Source: Thermoplasmata archaeon
GTDB lineage: Archaea > Thermoplasmatota > Thermoplasmata > Lutacidiplasmatales > UBA184
Direction of reading: 5' to 3'
Length of the DNA: 64,000 bases
NCBI GenBank assembly: GCA_022750435.1
Contig: JAKIVS010000001.1
Span: 221,703 to 285,702 of the forward strand
In this document: piece after piece, positions 39,129 to 50,000 of the stretch
Layout of the letters: each line of letters starts with the position of its first letter
Position numbering within the stretch: the stretch's first letter is position 1
The notes under the pieces: model-generated
Told to the model about the DNA's origin: nothing
Seen by the model: the letters and a program-made list of their open reading frames with translations, nothing else
The model's database searches: none
Translations under genes and position numbers: made by a program

Positions 39129-40009
39129 GCGCCCTCCTCCCCGTGGTCGTCTTCGCCGCCGACGATCACGATGTTGTTGCGGGAGTCGCGCAGGACCTCG
39201 ACGTGGACGCCGTAGAGGGCCGAGAGGCTCTCGGACGTGAGGACGTCGCTCGGCCGGCCGGTCGCGACCCGGCCGTTCGCGATGTAGATCACCTTGTCGA
39301 GACACTTGATCATGGGATTGATGTCGTGCGCCACGAGGAGCGTCGTGACTCCCCGTGCCTGGACGAGGCCGTGGATCGTCTCGACGAGCTCCCGGCTCCG
39401 CCGGAGGTCGAGGTTCGAGAGCGGCTCGTCGAGGAGCAGCATCTCCGGGTTGCCGACGAGCGCTTCTGCGAGGAACACCCGCTGGAGCTCGCCCCCGGAG
39501 AGGGAGCCGAGCGACTTCGAGCCGAGGTCCGAGGCGCCGACGTCGGCCAGGACCTGGGCCGCAGCGTCCCGCTCCGCCTCGAGTCGGAGCCTCGGTCCCC
39601 ACACGGTCGGCCGGAATCGGTCGCCCGGACCCCACCGCGTCCCGGGGAAACCGAGCCGCACGAGCTTGTCGCACTCGAGGTGCGTCTCGCGGTCGATCGT
39701 GTGCCGCTGCGGAACGTAGCCGATCCGGGCATTCCCTCGATGCGGGGCCGAGCCGAGGACCGAGAGCGACCCCGCCGACGGCCAGTGCAGGCCGAGCAGC
39801 ATTCGGAAGAGCGTGGTCTTCCCCGCGCCGTTCGGACCGATCACCGCGACGAACTCCCCGTGTTCCACCTCGAACGAGGCGTTCCGCCAGACGAACTTGT
39901 CCCGGTACCGGACCTCCAGGCGCTCGGCCCGGATCGCCGGAGCGCCGGACCGGGCCGTCGGCCCGACCGGCGGGTGGGTGGCGGGAGGGAGCGGTGCGCT
40001 AGCGGCCAC
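39125..40009 (-). CDS. Metal ABC transporter ATP-binding protein
   Basis: GPNGAGKTT, IGYVPQ, LSGGELQR, LLLDEP and HD motifs. Confidence 0.92.
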   Translation of the reverse strand: MAASAPLPPATHPPVGPTARSGAPAIRAERLEVRYRDKFVWRNASFEVEHGEFVAVIGPNGAGKTTLFRMLLGLHWPSAGSLSVLGSAPHRGNARIGYVPQRHTIDRETHLECDKLVRLGFPGTRWGPGDRFRPTVWGPRLRLEAERDAAAQVLADVGASDLGSKSLGSLSGGELQRVFLAEALVGNPEMLLLDEPLSNLDLRRSRELVETIHGLVQARGVTTLLVAHDINPMIKCLDKVIYIANGRVATGRPSDVLTSESLSALYGVHVEVLRDSRNNIVIVGGEDDHGEEGA

Positions 40010-40015
40010 GCGAGG

Positions 40016-41221
40016 TCACTGCCCCAGCTGGTAGGCGTTCAACGCGTTCTCCAACTGGTTGTATTGCCCGTACATCCAGTCCTGGAAGCTCGTGTCCGGA
40101 GGCTGGATCGTTTCGCTCACGAAGGTGACCGAAACGTTGTGCTGCGCCGCGATCGCCTTCAAGGACGTCGTGATGGGCGTCACGGTCTGGATGTTGTAGA
40201 CCAGGACCTTCACGTTCCCGCTCTCGAGCTGGCACTGGAACTGCGTGACGCTCTGGGTCGGCGGGTCGTTCCCCTCGGCGATCGCCTCCATGAACGGCTG
40301 GGGCGAGATCAGGTCGAGCCCCGTGTAGTTCGCGAGGTAGACGAAGATGCTCTCGGTCGAATCGACGACCGTGCCCTGGAACTCGTCCCGGATCTGGTTC
40401 GCCCGCGCGTACAACTGGTCGATCGACACGCCCTGGGCGCCGCCCCCCGTCGAGGTGTTCAGGTTCGCGAAATTCTGCTGGAAGACCTTCGTCGCCGACG
40501 GCTCGAGCGCGACGAGGTCGCCGTACATCGCGAGCAGGGTGTGGTTGACGTACAGCGGGTTGTACCACTGGTGGGGGTTCCCCGTGACGATTCCCCCCGT
40601 CACCGAGACGCCGTTGAGGATGCCGACGTTGAGGACCTCCTGGTGGGGGGTCTTCGAGGCGTTGATCAGCTGGAGCGCCCAGTCGTCGTAGCCGACGCCG
40701 TTGACGACGATGAAATTCGCGTCGGCGATCGCGGCGGCGTCGGAGGTGTTCGCTTCGTACTCGTGCGGGTCGGCGTTCGGGTCGTTGACGATGCTGAGGA
40801 CCGACGTCAGATTCCCCCCGAGCTGGCCGACGAGGCTGCCCCAGAAGTTCTCGCCGGCAACGACCTGGATCACCTGGCCGAACGGCAAGGTCGGAAGAGA
40901 GCCCTGCACGCTGGTGGCGTTGGCGAAGTGCGGGGTCGTGTCGCCGGAGACGACGCCGGCCTTCGGATTCGCCCCGAGCTCGTCGGGTGTGAACGCCGCA
41001 CACGGGTTCCCCGGCGCCTGGCTCGTCACGATCTCGTACGCTACGGCGCTCCCCGCCACGATGAGCACGACCACAACGGCGAGGATCGTCGACTTCGGTA
41101 CGCCCGTACGAAGGGGCTTGGCGGGACAGGACCCGTACGGCCCGGACGAGGCCGGCGCGGAAGAGCCCCCGGAGTTCGCGGGGTCCGGACCCCCAACCGG
41201 AGAGGCATTCGAGCCGGCCAC
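40016..41221 (-). CDS. Metal ABC transporter substrate-binding protein (ZnuA/TroA family)
   Basis: N-terminal TM anchor, ENFWG, DPHEYE, NG.GYD and NPHQWY motifs. Confidence 0.88.
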   Translation of the reverse strand: MAGSNASPVGGPDPANSGGSSAPASSGPYGSCPAKPLRTGVPKSTILAVVVVLIVAGSAVAYEIVTSQAPGNPCAAFTPDELGANPKAGVVSGDTTPHFANATSVQGSLPTLPFGQVIQVVAGENFWGSLVGQLGGNLTSVLSIVNDPNADPHEYEANTSDAAAIADANFIVVNGVGYDDWALQLINASKTPHQEVLNVGILNGVSVTGGIVTGNPHQWYNPLYVNHTLLAMYGDLVALEPSATKVFQQNFANLNTSTGGGAQGVSIDQLYARANQIRDEFQGTVVDSTESIFVYLANYTGLDLISPQPFMEAIAEGNDPPTQSVTQFQCQLESGNVKVLVYNIQTVTPITTSLKAIAAQHNVSVTFVSETIQPPDTSFQDWMYGQYNQLENALNAYQLGQ

Positions 41222-41223
41222 GG

Positions 41224-41661
41224 TCAGAGTGCTCCCTCGAACGGTCGGCCCGAGCACGGGGTGATCGGTTCCCCGTGGGGGCAGACCGAGGGATGGCCCT
41301 CGGCCGCACACACGCGCTCCACCGTCTTGTGGGAGATCGACAGGTCGACCTCTCGGGCGGCGGCGCACGTCGCCTCGGGAGAGAGCCCGAGCTTCCCGAA
41401 GAGTGTCTCGGCGACGCGGTGGTGCCGCTGGTACTCGAGCAGAGTTCCTCGGCCTTTGGGGGTGAGACGGCTCTTGCCCCGGTATCGTTCGACGAGCCCG
41501 AGCTCCTCGAGTGGGGTGAGGTGGCCGAGCGCGGAAGGGGCCGAGACATGCAGGGACGTCGCGATCCAGTTCAGCGGAACCCCGCGCTCGGGGGTCTCCC
41601 GCACGCCGACGGCCTGCAAGGCGTCCAATTGGCGTCGGGTCAGTTTCTGGAGAGTCTCCAT
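41224..41661 (-). CDS. DtxR/MntR family metal-dependent transcriptional regulator
   Basis: HTH (IATSLHVSAPSA), LT.KG, HHRVAE and HP..CPHG.PI motifs. Confidence 0.9.
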   Translation of the reverse strand: METLQKLTRRQLDALQAVGVRETPERGVPLNWIATSLHVSAPSALGHLTPLEELGLVERYRGKSRLTPKGRGTLLEYQRHHRVAETLFGKLGLSPEATCAAAREVDLSISHKTVERVCAAEGHPSVCPHGEPITPCSGRPFEGAL

Positions 41662-41684
41662 CGGTCCCTACGTAGGATCGAATC

Positions 41685-41710
41685 TTAATAAGTCACACCC
41701 TAATTATTAA
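41685..41710 (-). promoter_or_regulatory. AT-rich promoter / putative DtxR-family operator
   Basis: TTAATAA-N12-TTATTAA inverted repeat containing TTAGG on the minus strand, 24-49 nt upstream of the regulator ATG. Confidence 0.65.
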
Positions 41711-41890
41711 TCAACCAAGAACTTTCGCCGTGCGCGGGGGCGAACGACGTACCGCGCGTCCCTCGCCGGCGACCGAATCGTACCGCCCTCCTTCGGCGGT
41801 CGGAACACGACGGTCGACGGGGAGCCCGGCGGGTGGGCGACTCCCTCCGAATCGTCGCGTCGTGGGTCGTGCCGCGGCCGGGCGTTCACC

Positions 41891-44800
41891 CTAGAACGGC
41901 TGGCGCCGGAACGGCCAGAACGCCGCGGGCGTCTCCGGGGGCTTCGTCTGGCCCTGGAGGAGCTTGAGGGACTCGCGCGCCTTGTCGAGCGCCTTCTGGT
42001 AGTCCTCGACGCGGGCGCGGATCGACTCCTCGAGAAGCTTTCGGGCATCGGCGGTGTCGAGGTGGCGCTCCGCCGCCTTTGCGAGAGCCGAATCGATCAG
42101 GTAGTGGATGTTCAGGAGCTCCCGGTGGAGCGCCTTGCGGGTGTTCAGCTCCGACTCGACCGCCAGGAGGGTTCGTGCGCCTTCCACAAGGTCGCCCGAC
42201 TGGACGAGGCCTTCCACCGAGGCGAGTCGCTCCGGGAGCGTGCCGAGCGTGACGTTGAGGCCCTCCCGCGCGAAGACGAGTTCGCTCTCCACGCTGCGGC
42301 GGCGTTCGCCGAGGCGTGCCTCGACGAGTCCGGCCAGGCGCTCGTTCCCCTGCTGGACGTTCGCCTCGACGCTCGCGTACTTCCCCGCGTCGAGGGCGCT
42401 CTTCGCCTCGCTGAACAGCTCCATCACGGGGGTCGTGTCAAGACCGAGCTTCTCGCCGACCCAGAGGCGGTCTTTCAGAAGATGGACCGCGGCCTCGAGG
42501 ACCGCCACGCGGCTCAGTCGCGCCCGGGCCTCCTCCTCACTCATGCGTTGAACGGCGAGCGGGTAGTCGCGTCGCCCCCGCGCCTCCTGGATGCCGAGAG
42601 CCGCTTGGGCCCGGGCCTCGGTTTCCGGTGCGTCGGCGGCGGCCGCCGCGCCGTAGATGGCTTCCAGGTCCGTTCGCCGGGCGTCCAGCAGCCGGTCGAG
42701 CGATTCGTACGCGGCGGTCCGCGCCCGTTCGAGGGCGTCGGACGCGCGCTTCCATTCCCTCGCCGGGATCGCGCCCTCCGCCTCGGCGACCGCTTCCTCG
42801 ACGGCCTGGATGCGGCCGGTGCCGGCCGCGGTCATCGTCTCGGCGAGCGATCGGATCGAGGCAAACGAACCCGCGTAGAGCCGCTCGACCGCCCAGCGGG
42901 CGAGGTCGTTCGCCTCGCGCGCGGCCTGCGTCGCGTTCGGATATTCCCCGGCCTGGGCGTGGTGTCGGGCCTTCTCGAGCGCTCGGACGACTTCGTCGAC
43001 GTCGGCGCCCAGCTCGAGGGCTTCCTTCACCTGCCGGTCGGCCGAGTCGAGGGCATCGCGGGCCCGGCGCTGCTGCTCGCGGGTGGTCGCGAGCTGGTCG
43101 GCGGCCTCGAGCGCGAGCTCGAAGACGGCCGGGAACTGCTGACGGCGGATCGCCTGGCGCGCCTTCTCGATCTGTGCGGTCGCCGAGGCGGCGTGGACGC
43201 CGTCTTTCTCCGCCTCGACGAGCTTCGCCTCCATCGTCTCGAGCGCCGCGCGGGCGAGCGTCGTCTGGAGTTCCACGCGCTCGATCTCCCCCTCGCTCTG
43301 GGCGGCGAGGGTCAACGCTTCGATGGCGCGGCCTTCCTCGAGCGCCTGGCGAGCGCGCGACAGGAGGTTCTCGGCGACGGTCGTCGGCGACCCCTCCTGG
43401 CGGACATGGACCAGCATCCCCTGGAGGTTCGCGAGCGTCTTCGCCACGTGGGTGTGCGTCGACTGGATCAGCTCCCGCTCGAGCGGGCCCCCAAGCTCGA
43501 TCGCCTTCGCGTAGCGCTTCTGCGCCAGGTGATCCTCGAGTTCCGCGAGGCGGCCCTTCAACGGACCGATCGCGGCCCGCACGATCTCGGCCTCGGCGAA
43601 CGCCTCCCGGGCGCGCTTGACGGCCCGCTCGGCCTGTTCGAGGAATCCCCGTGTTTCCACCAGCTGGGAGCGGACGGACTCGACGCGCTCGGCGACCCCG
43701 GTCGGCACCGGCGTGGCGAGCCCGCGTCGCGCCTCGGCGAGCTGCTCGACGACGGTCCCCGTGTCGACGCCGGCGGACCGGGCCACATCGAGCTCCTGCT
43801 CGAGGGCGCGGACCGTCTCCTCGAGGACGGGGCGCAGAAGTTGGAGGAGCGCGTCCTGCGCGGTGGTCGCCAGTTGGAGGGCTTCGGTCGGTCGTCCCTC
43901 GGAGAGGGCGGCCGACGCCGCGGCGAGGTTCGGCCGGTACGGGTCGGTGGAGAGGCCAAGGCGGTGACTGTCCTCGAGGAGGAGCTCGACCGTGGTGATC
44001 CGGCGTCGGGCGTCGGTGCCGGCCCGCTCCGCCGTGAGCGCCTCCTCGATGGCCCGGAGCTTCGCCTTCGCACCGGCAAAGTCGAGGGCCTGGTACGCGA
44101 GGCGCGTTTCCCGGATGCGCTCCCGGTAGGCGTCGACGGCGACGCCGTCGTCCTTGAGGCCCTGCCAGAGCTCGCCCGCCCGCTGCAATCCCTCGACGAG
44201 CGCCTCCGCCGATTGGCGCATGCCGAGCGCCTCTTCCTCGACCGCCTTCGCGCCCTGGTACGCCTCGGCGAACCGGTGGTCGCGGGCGGCTTCCTGGGCG
44301 GCGTCGAACCGCTCGCGGAGGGCCGCGGTGTCGAGGCCCATCTTCCCGAGCTCCACGAGAGCGAGCTTCGCGTGGGAGACCGCCTCCTCGCTCTGGATGA
44401 GCTGTTGCTGCTGGGCGCGCGTCCGGATCTCCTGCGAGGCCCGGGACGCCTTGACGAAATCGCCCATGTTGAAGATCTGCTGGACCTCGTCGATCTGACG
44501 CTGGATCTCGTCGCCGGCCCCGCCCATCGCCTCGAGGGCGCGACCTTCCTCCTCCAGCGCCTCCACCAGGGAGGAGGCGTGGGCGGCGAACACCGCGGCG
44601 AACTCCCGCTCCGCTCGCTTGAGGCTCTCCAAGGACGCCACCAGGTCCTCCTTGACCCGGAGCGAGACGTCGGCATCGGCGAGCAGACGTCGCGCCGGGG
44701 CCACGAGGGCGTCGTCGTGGATCTCCTCGAATCCCTTCTCGAGTTCCCCCACGACGCGGGCGACGTACGGACCGGCCGACGCCCGCAGGCCGACCTCGAC

Positions 44801-46357
44801 GGCCGCGAGCGCCTCGCCGGCCTCGGCGAGAGACCCGTCGGCGAGGGTCTGCTGTCCGTTCGCGAGGGCGGCCGCCGTTTCCGGCGTGAGGAAGCCGCGC
44901 TCGCGCGCCAGCTCGACGAGCTTCTCGAGACGTTCGGCGTAGGTTTGGAAATGTTCGAGCGCGGCGCGTCCGAGGGTCCGGATCGCCTCCCGGATCGTCG
45001 TCCGGGCGGCGTCGACCTCGAACTTCTCGAGCCGCTGCTGCGCCTCCCGGAGCGGTTCGTAGTACGACTGGACCGGCACGTCGAGCGCGCTCAACCGGTC
45101 GAGGAGCGAGCGGAGCGAGTCGACCTCCTCCCGGGCGGCGTCGAGGTCCTGGGTGAGCGCCGTGGCGCGCTCCATCGCCTCCTGGCTGGCGGCGAGCGCC
45201 TCCCCGTAGATCTTCAGCCGGAGCGCCTCGCGGGCCCGGTTCATCGCCGCGAACACGTCGGAGGCGTCGCGACCGAGCCAGCGGGCCTCGACCAGCTTCG
45301 GTCGAACCTCGTCAAGCAGCCCGGCGACGATCCCCACGACGGGCTCCTCGGTGATCGCCCGCCCCTTCGCGAGGAGCTGGGGGAGTTCCACGGGACTAGC
45401 GCCCGGCACCTGGTCGACCAAGACGTCGATCTGCGCGACGCCCTCCGTCACGTCGGTGCCGGACCCGCGCAGCGATTCGAGGGTCCCTTTCAGCGTGGCG
45501 AGCGCCCCTTGCACCCGACCGCGGAGTTCCTCGCCGACGTCGGCGCTCGCCCGCTCGATCGCCGGGACCGTCTCGTCCCACTCGAGCGGGGTCGCGCTCT
45601 GATCGACGGCGAGGGCCGTGTCGAGCGTGGCGTGCTGCGAGCCGAGGTCCCGGGCGGCGGCGAGAATCGATTGTCCGGAAGCGCGCACGAGCTCGCGCCG
45701 CTCCACGGCGGCGGGGACCTGGCCCCGGATCTCCGCGTCGAGCTGCGCGAGCGCCTCCGCCACCTTTCCGTCCGACATCGGGGCGATCGCGTGGCGGAAC
45801 CTCGCATCGAGCTCGGCCATCCGCTCCTCGGGGATGCCGGCCCATTTGGCCACCGAACGCGCGCGCTCGCGCAGGGTGAGGGAGAAATCCGTCTGCGATT
45901 GGCGGACGATCCGGAAGAGCGTCGCGATTCGCTCGACGGCCAGGGCGAGCTCGCCTTCGATCGCCGTGGCGCGCAGCTCCTCGATGACCTTGGCGGCGTC
46001 CGCGGGGAGCGGCGCCTTCGCCTTCTGGAGCGCCTCGGCGCGGCCGAGCACCGACGTCCGGCGCTCCTCGAGCGCTGGCGCCACGGAGCGCTGGATGTAG
46101 GATACGAACTCTTTCGCGGTCTGCTCGACCGCCTCCCAATCGGACTTCCGGGTGAGCTCGCGGAGCTTCGCGACCCGCTCGGCGGTCTCGGAGAGGGTGA
46201 CGCCGATCTCCTCGAGAAGTTTCAGTCGGTCTTCGACCTCGGCCGACGCCTGGTCGGCGAGCTGGCGCCGCTTCTTGAGCGACTCCGCCTTCTCCTGGAG
46301 GATCTTGGTCAGGCGGGACGATGGGACGCTCCCCATCCCCCCACCCGAACCGGACAT
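41891..46357 (-). CDS. 1488-aa alpha-helical repeat / coiled-coil protein of unknown function
   Basis: A/E/L/R-rich, recurrent G-h-D-x-x-x-A-x-x-L-x-x-A-x-x-A-x-x-x-G-x-(Y/F)-x-x-A units; no Walker motifs or TM segments. Confidence 0.85.
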   Translation of the reverse strand: MSGSGGGMGSVPSSRLTKILQEKAESLKKRRQLADQASAEVEDRLKLLEEIGVTLSETAERVAKLRELTRKSDWEAVEQTAKEFVSYIQRSVAPALEERRTSVLGRAEALQKAKAPLPADAAKVIEELRATAIEGELALAVERIATLFRIVRQSQTDFSLTLRERARSVAKWAGIPEERMAELDARFRHAIAPMSDGKVAEALAQLDAEIRGQVPAAVERRELVRASGQSILAAARDLGSQHATLDTALAVDQSATPLEWDETVPAIERASADVGEELRGRVQGALATLKGTLESLRGSGTDVTEGVAQIDVLVDQVPGASPVELPQLLAKGRAITEEPVVGIVAGLLDEVRPKLVEARWLGRDASDVFAAMNRAREALRLKIYGEALAASQEAMERATALTQDLDAAREEVDSLRSLLDRLSALDVPVQSYYEPLREAQQRLEKFEVDAARTTIREAIRTLGRAALEHFQTYAERLEKLVELARERGFLTPETAAALANGQQTLADGSLAEAGEALAAVEVGLRASAGPYVARVVGELEKGFEEIHDDALVAPARRLLADADVSLRVKEDLVASLESLKRAEREFAAVFAAHASSLVEALEEEGRALEAMGGAGDEIQRQIDEVQQIFNMGDFVKASRASQEIRTRAQQQQLIQSEEAVSHAKLALVELGKMGLDTAALRERFDAAQEAARDHRFAEAYQGAKAVEEEALGMRQSAEALVEGLQRAGELWQGLKDDGVAVDAYRERIRETRLAYQALDFAGAKAKLRAIEEALTAERAGTDARRRITTVELLLEDSHRLGLSTDPYRPNLAAASAALSEGRPTEALQLATTAQDALLQLLRPVLEETVRALEQELDVARSAGVDTGTVVEQLAEARRGLATPVPTGVAERVESVRSQLVETRGFLEQAERAVKRAREAFAEAEIVRAAIGPLKGRLAELEDHLAQKRYAKAIELGGPLERELIQSTHTHVAKTLANLQGMLVHVRQEGSPTTVAENLLSRARQALEEGRAIEALTLAAQSEGEIERVELQTTLARAALETMEAKLVEAEKDGVHAASATAQIEKARQAIRRQQFPAVFELALEAADQLATTREQQRRARDALDSADRQVKEALELGADVDEVVRALEKARHHAQAGEYPNATQAAREANDLARWAVERLYAGSFASIRSLAETMTAAGTGRIQAVEEAVAEAEGAIPAREWKRASDALERARTAAYESLDRLLDARRTDLEAIYGAAAAADAPETEARAQAALGIQEARGRRDYPLAVQRMSEEEARARLSRVAVLEAAVHLLKDRLWVGEKLGLDTTPVMELFSEAKSALDAGKYASVEANVQQGNERLAGLVEARLGERRRSVESELVFAREGLNVTLGTLPERLASVEGLVQSGDLVEGARTLLAVESELNTRKALHRELLNIHYLIDSALAKAAERHLDTADARKLLEESIRARVEDYQKALDKARESLKLLQGQTKPPETPAAFWPFRRQPF

Positions 46358-46481
46358 GGCTAGCGCCTACGGAGCGGCCCGGCCGGAGCCGCCGAGGCGG
46401 GGGCGACGGGCGCCCTAAAAAGATGCGGGCTCCTCGATATAAAGCGTGGTCCTCGGGCGCGCGTCGGCCCCGACGTCCGGC

Positions 46482-46868
46482 TCACGCCTTCGTGATGCGC
46501 CGCATCCCCATGGCATCGAGATACTGGATCTCGGTCCCCGGGGTCAGCTGGCCCTTCAATTCGGTCTCGATGGGGAGGCTGAACGTCTGGTAATCCTCGA
46601 GGTCCATCAACTGGACCTCGGTCTCGGTGAGGGACAGCACCTGGGCCTTCCGCTTCCCGATCATCGGGACGCGGACCTTGTGGGTTACCGGGAAGACGAC
46701 GCTCCGTTTGGAGCCGTCGAACAGCCCGATCGCATCGATGCGTGCCTTCGCTTCCCCGTGCTTCCCGGGCTTGGACATCTGGATCGAGAGGATCCGGCAC
46801 GGCTCCTCTTCGACGAGCATGTAGCGGCCCTCCTTGAGCTCGCGGACCTCTTGCTGCGTCCACGCCAT
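46482..46868 (-). CDS. eif5A: Translation factor aIF5A (eIF5A/EF-P homolog)
   Basis: SKPGKHGEAKARI hypusination motif, VQLMDLEDYQTF; GGAGG upstream. Confidence 0.96.
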   Translation of the reverse strand: MAWTQQEVRELKEGRYMLVEEEPCRILSIQMSKPGKHGEAKARIDAIGLFDGSKRSVVFPVTHKVRVPMIGKRKAQVLSLTETEVQLMDLEDYQTFSLPIETELKGQLTPGTEIQYLDAMGMRRITKA

Positions 46869-47019
46869 CGCGCGTCCCCTCCGAAGCTCTCGCAAGAAGT
46901 CCGGGGGATAACCGTTGCCCCCGGGCCGGCCGTCGACCGGGGCCGTCCGGCGAGCGAGGGTTTATCGGCGCCGGTCCCCCATCGCAATCCCGCGGGCCGC
47001 GGCGCGGTCCGACGCGTTC

Positions 47020-50000
47020 ATGGAGCGGCTTGCGCCACGGTACGACCCGACCGAGGTGGAGGCGGCCAGCCGCGCGTTCTGGGCGGAACGTTCCCGGCGG
47101 CGCGACGCCGAGGGCGCGGCGGGCCGGGGCGGCCGACCGGTCCGGCAGTTCCTCGGCACCCTCGCCCCCTCCGATTCTCCGGCCACGACGCTCCAGCGGA
47201 CCGTCGCCGCCGATGCCGAAGCGCGCTACCTGCGACTCGCCGGCCGACGGACGGATTGGTCGCTGAGGCTCCGGGTCCCATGGTCCGGCGAGGGACGGGA
47301 CGCCACGGTCGCGCGGCTCTTCCAGGCCGGCGTGAGCGGGCCTTCCACCGACCCGGACGGACTCGCCGAGCGGCGACGGTGGATGCTCGGACGCCTCGCG
47401 GACTCCCGCGTCTTGGTAGCGCGGGAACTCCCGCTCCGGATCTGCCCGAGCTGTCGGACCCCCCGCACCCCGGAAACGATCGTCTACGACGCGCAGCCCG
47501 GGCACGCCTACCTCGTCCGCTTTGCCATCCCGGACGAGGCCGAACGCACGTCGCTCCTCGTCTGGACGGACGAGGTCTGGAAGCTCCTCGGCACCGTGGC
47601 GCTCTTGGTCAACCCCGAAACCCCGTACGTCGTCGCGCGATTCACGCGCCGCGACACCGCGGAACGGGTGATCCTCTCCCGGTCGGCGCTCGACCGCGTG
47701 CAGCGCTGGCTCCCGGGGAGCTCCCTCGAGGTCCTCGAGGAGAAGCTCGGGGCGGACCTCGCGGGGACGACGTACTCCCACCCGCTCACGCTCGAGTACC
47801 CTCCCCTCTCCGACCTCGTCTCGCCCGCGGGCTCCGTCGTCGCCTCGAACGACGTGAGCGACAGCGGCACCGGGATCGTGACGCTCACCCCCTCGCACGG
47901 CGCCGGCGATGCGGCGGTCGCCCGGGCCCACCGGATCGAGGGTCCGTCGGTGGTTGGGACCGACGGCCTCGTGGAGTCCTCCCGGCCGCACAAGTACGCG
48001 GGGCTCGAGTTGGAGAGCGCGGAGGCGTTCATCCTCCGCGACCTGACCGAGGGAGGTTCGATGTTCGCCGAGCTGACCGTGCGGCGCGGCGTACCGTACT
48101 GTGCGGTGTGTGGCTCGGTCCTTCGCTGGGTTCCCGGGCGCGCCTGGTGCCTCGAACCGGGCCGGCTGAGCGCGGAGTCCCTCGGCCAGTTCGCGCGCCT
48201 CCTTCCCGACGACACCGTCCCCCTCACCTCCGAGGTCGTCCCGTGGTCGGTCTCCGAGACGACCCCGAGCGTCGACCCGTCCGACCCGATCCTCTCCGAG
48301 TGCTCCCAATGCGAGCGGCTTTCGACGGCCGCCACCGGGGAGCGGTGCGCCTGTGGCGGAGCGTTCGTCGGCGTGCGACGGCGCCTTCTGCCCGCGTTCT
48401 CCGAGGCCGTCGATGGGTGGGCCTCGGCCCGCGCCCTCGATCCCTCGGACCCGGTACGGCTCTACCTCCCGTACCGTCGGAGGGCCGCGGCGTTGCTCCA
48501 CCACCTCGCCGCCGGCGAGGCGCTCGACGCGCCGCCCGCTGACGTGCGATTGATCGCCCTCCCGACCTTGCCGCCCGGGACCTTCGGCGACGGTCCCGGT
48601 CAGGACGCCCAGAGGGCCGCGCTCCTCCGAACGAGCCGCCCCCCGCGCACGCTGGCCGTCGTCCAGGAACGCGCGGTGCAGGAAGCGCGGCGGCTGAGCA
48701 AGTTCTGGATGTTGGCCGCCCAGGTGCTCGACCGTTCGATCGCCGACGGATTTGAACCGGACCGGGCGCTCGCCGGTCACCTGTCGGAGCTGGCGGAGGA
48801 GGACCGGGCGTTCCTCTCCACCTTCGAGCGGATGCGGACCGACGTCCGTCGACGCTACGAGGCCGGCGACCTCGCCGCCGCCCAGGCGATGCTCGCCCGA
48901 TTCGCGGAGGTCGAACTCCGCGGGGGGTACCTCCCGATGGTCGCGAGCCGCCTCGCCGCGCCCGGGCTTCCGCCGGGGAAGGTCGCCGCCCTCCGGGTCC
49001 TCCACCACGTTCTCCCCGCCTGGGTCGAGCTGTACGCTCCCATCGCGCCGTTCACGATGGAGGCGCTCCACCGGGCGTTCCAGCCCGATGGAGGCTCCGT
49101 CTTCGACGGCGGGATCCTGCCGGCCGTCGACCGGGCCGTGTCGGTCGAAGCGGAGGGGGAGTACGACCGGTGGCGGACCTTCGGCGAAGCCCTGCGGGTC
49201 GGACGCCGGAGATTCGGAATCCCGGCCGCGACCGAGCTGCCCCGCGCGATCCTCCTCGTGAACGATGAGGCGACGGCGACCCGATTGCGTTCGACCGCCG
49301 CGGTCCTGGGGCGGCTCGCCCACGTGACGGAGGTCATCGTCGGCTCCCCGTCCCAACCGTGGGATGGTCAGAGGATCGAGGTCCATCCCGTCCTCGCGGC
49401 CATCCAGAAGACCTACGGGGCCCAATCGGCCCGGGTCGTCCGGATCCTGGAACAGATTCCGTCCCGTCGCGTGCAGGACGGCGTGCGGGCCGGCACGCTC
49501 TCGATCGCCCTCGACGGACGCCAGATGCCAATCCTGCCTGGCATGGTCGAGTTCTCCGAATCGCTGCCGGACGACGTGGTCCCGGTACCCTGGGGGCACG
49601 GCGAGATCCTGATCTCGCTCCCCCCGGACACGGCCCGCCACAAGCGGAAGGCGCCGGCCCTGACGCTGGACGGCTACCGGATCGTTCGCCACATCGAACG
49701 CCGCTTGCACATCGCCGGGGGGGTGACACCCGAGCTCGTCGTCGTGTCGGCCAACGGTCCGCTCGGCGAAGAGATGGCGAAGCACGCCGTCGCCGTCGCC
49801 GCCTACATCGGGATTGGGCAGCTCGCCGTCAACGACGGGACCCTCTCCCCCCCGATGACGGAGACGAGTCTCGGGCGCACGCGTCGCGGAGGTCGGTGGC
49901 GGGTCTACATCCCCGGCGTTCCGGTTCGGCCCCCCACGGCCCGGCCGAGCCGACCGGCCCTCGGACGCCACCGGGTTCCCGTGTTCGCTGAGAGCCGGCC

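Noticed and set aside
41891-46357. SMC/Rad50 ATPase
   Set aside because: No Walker A/B, signature or hinge/hook motifs.
42062-46363. 1433-aa plus-strand ORF, and similar long antisense ORFs (46360-50304, 59577-62768, 39143-41710, 1830-4004, 3991-6168, 26100-28376, 11-1522)
   Set aside because: Shadow frames opposite well-supported genes. Stop codons are scarce at this GC content and the translations have no motifs.
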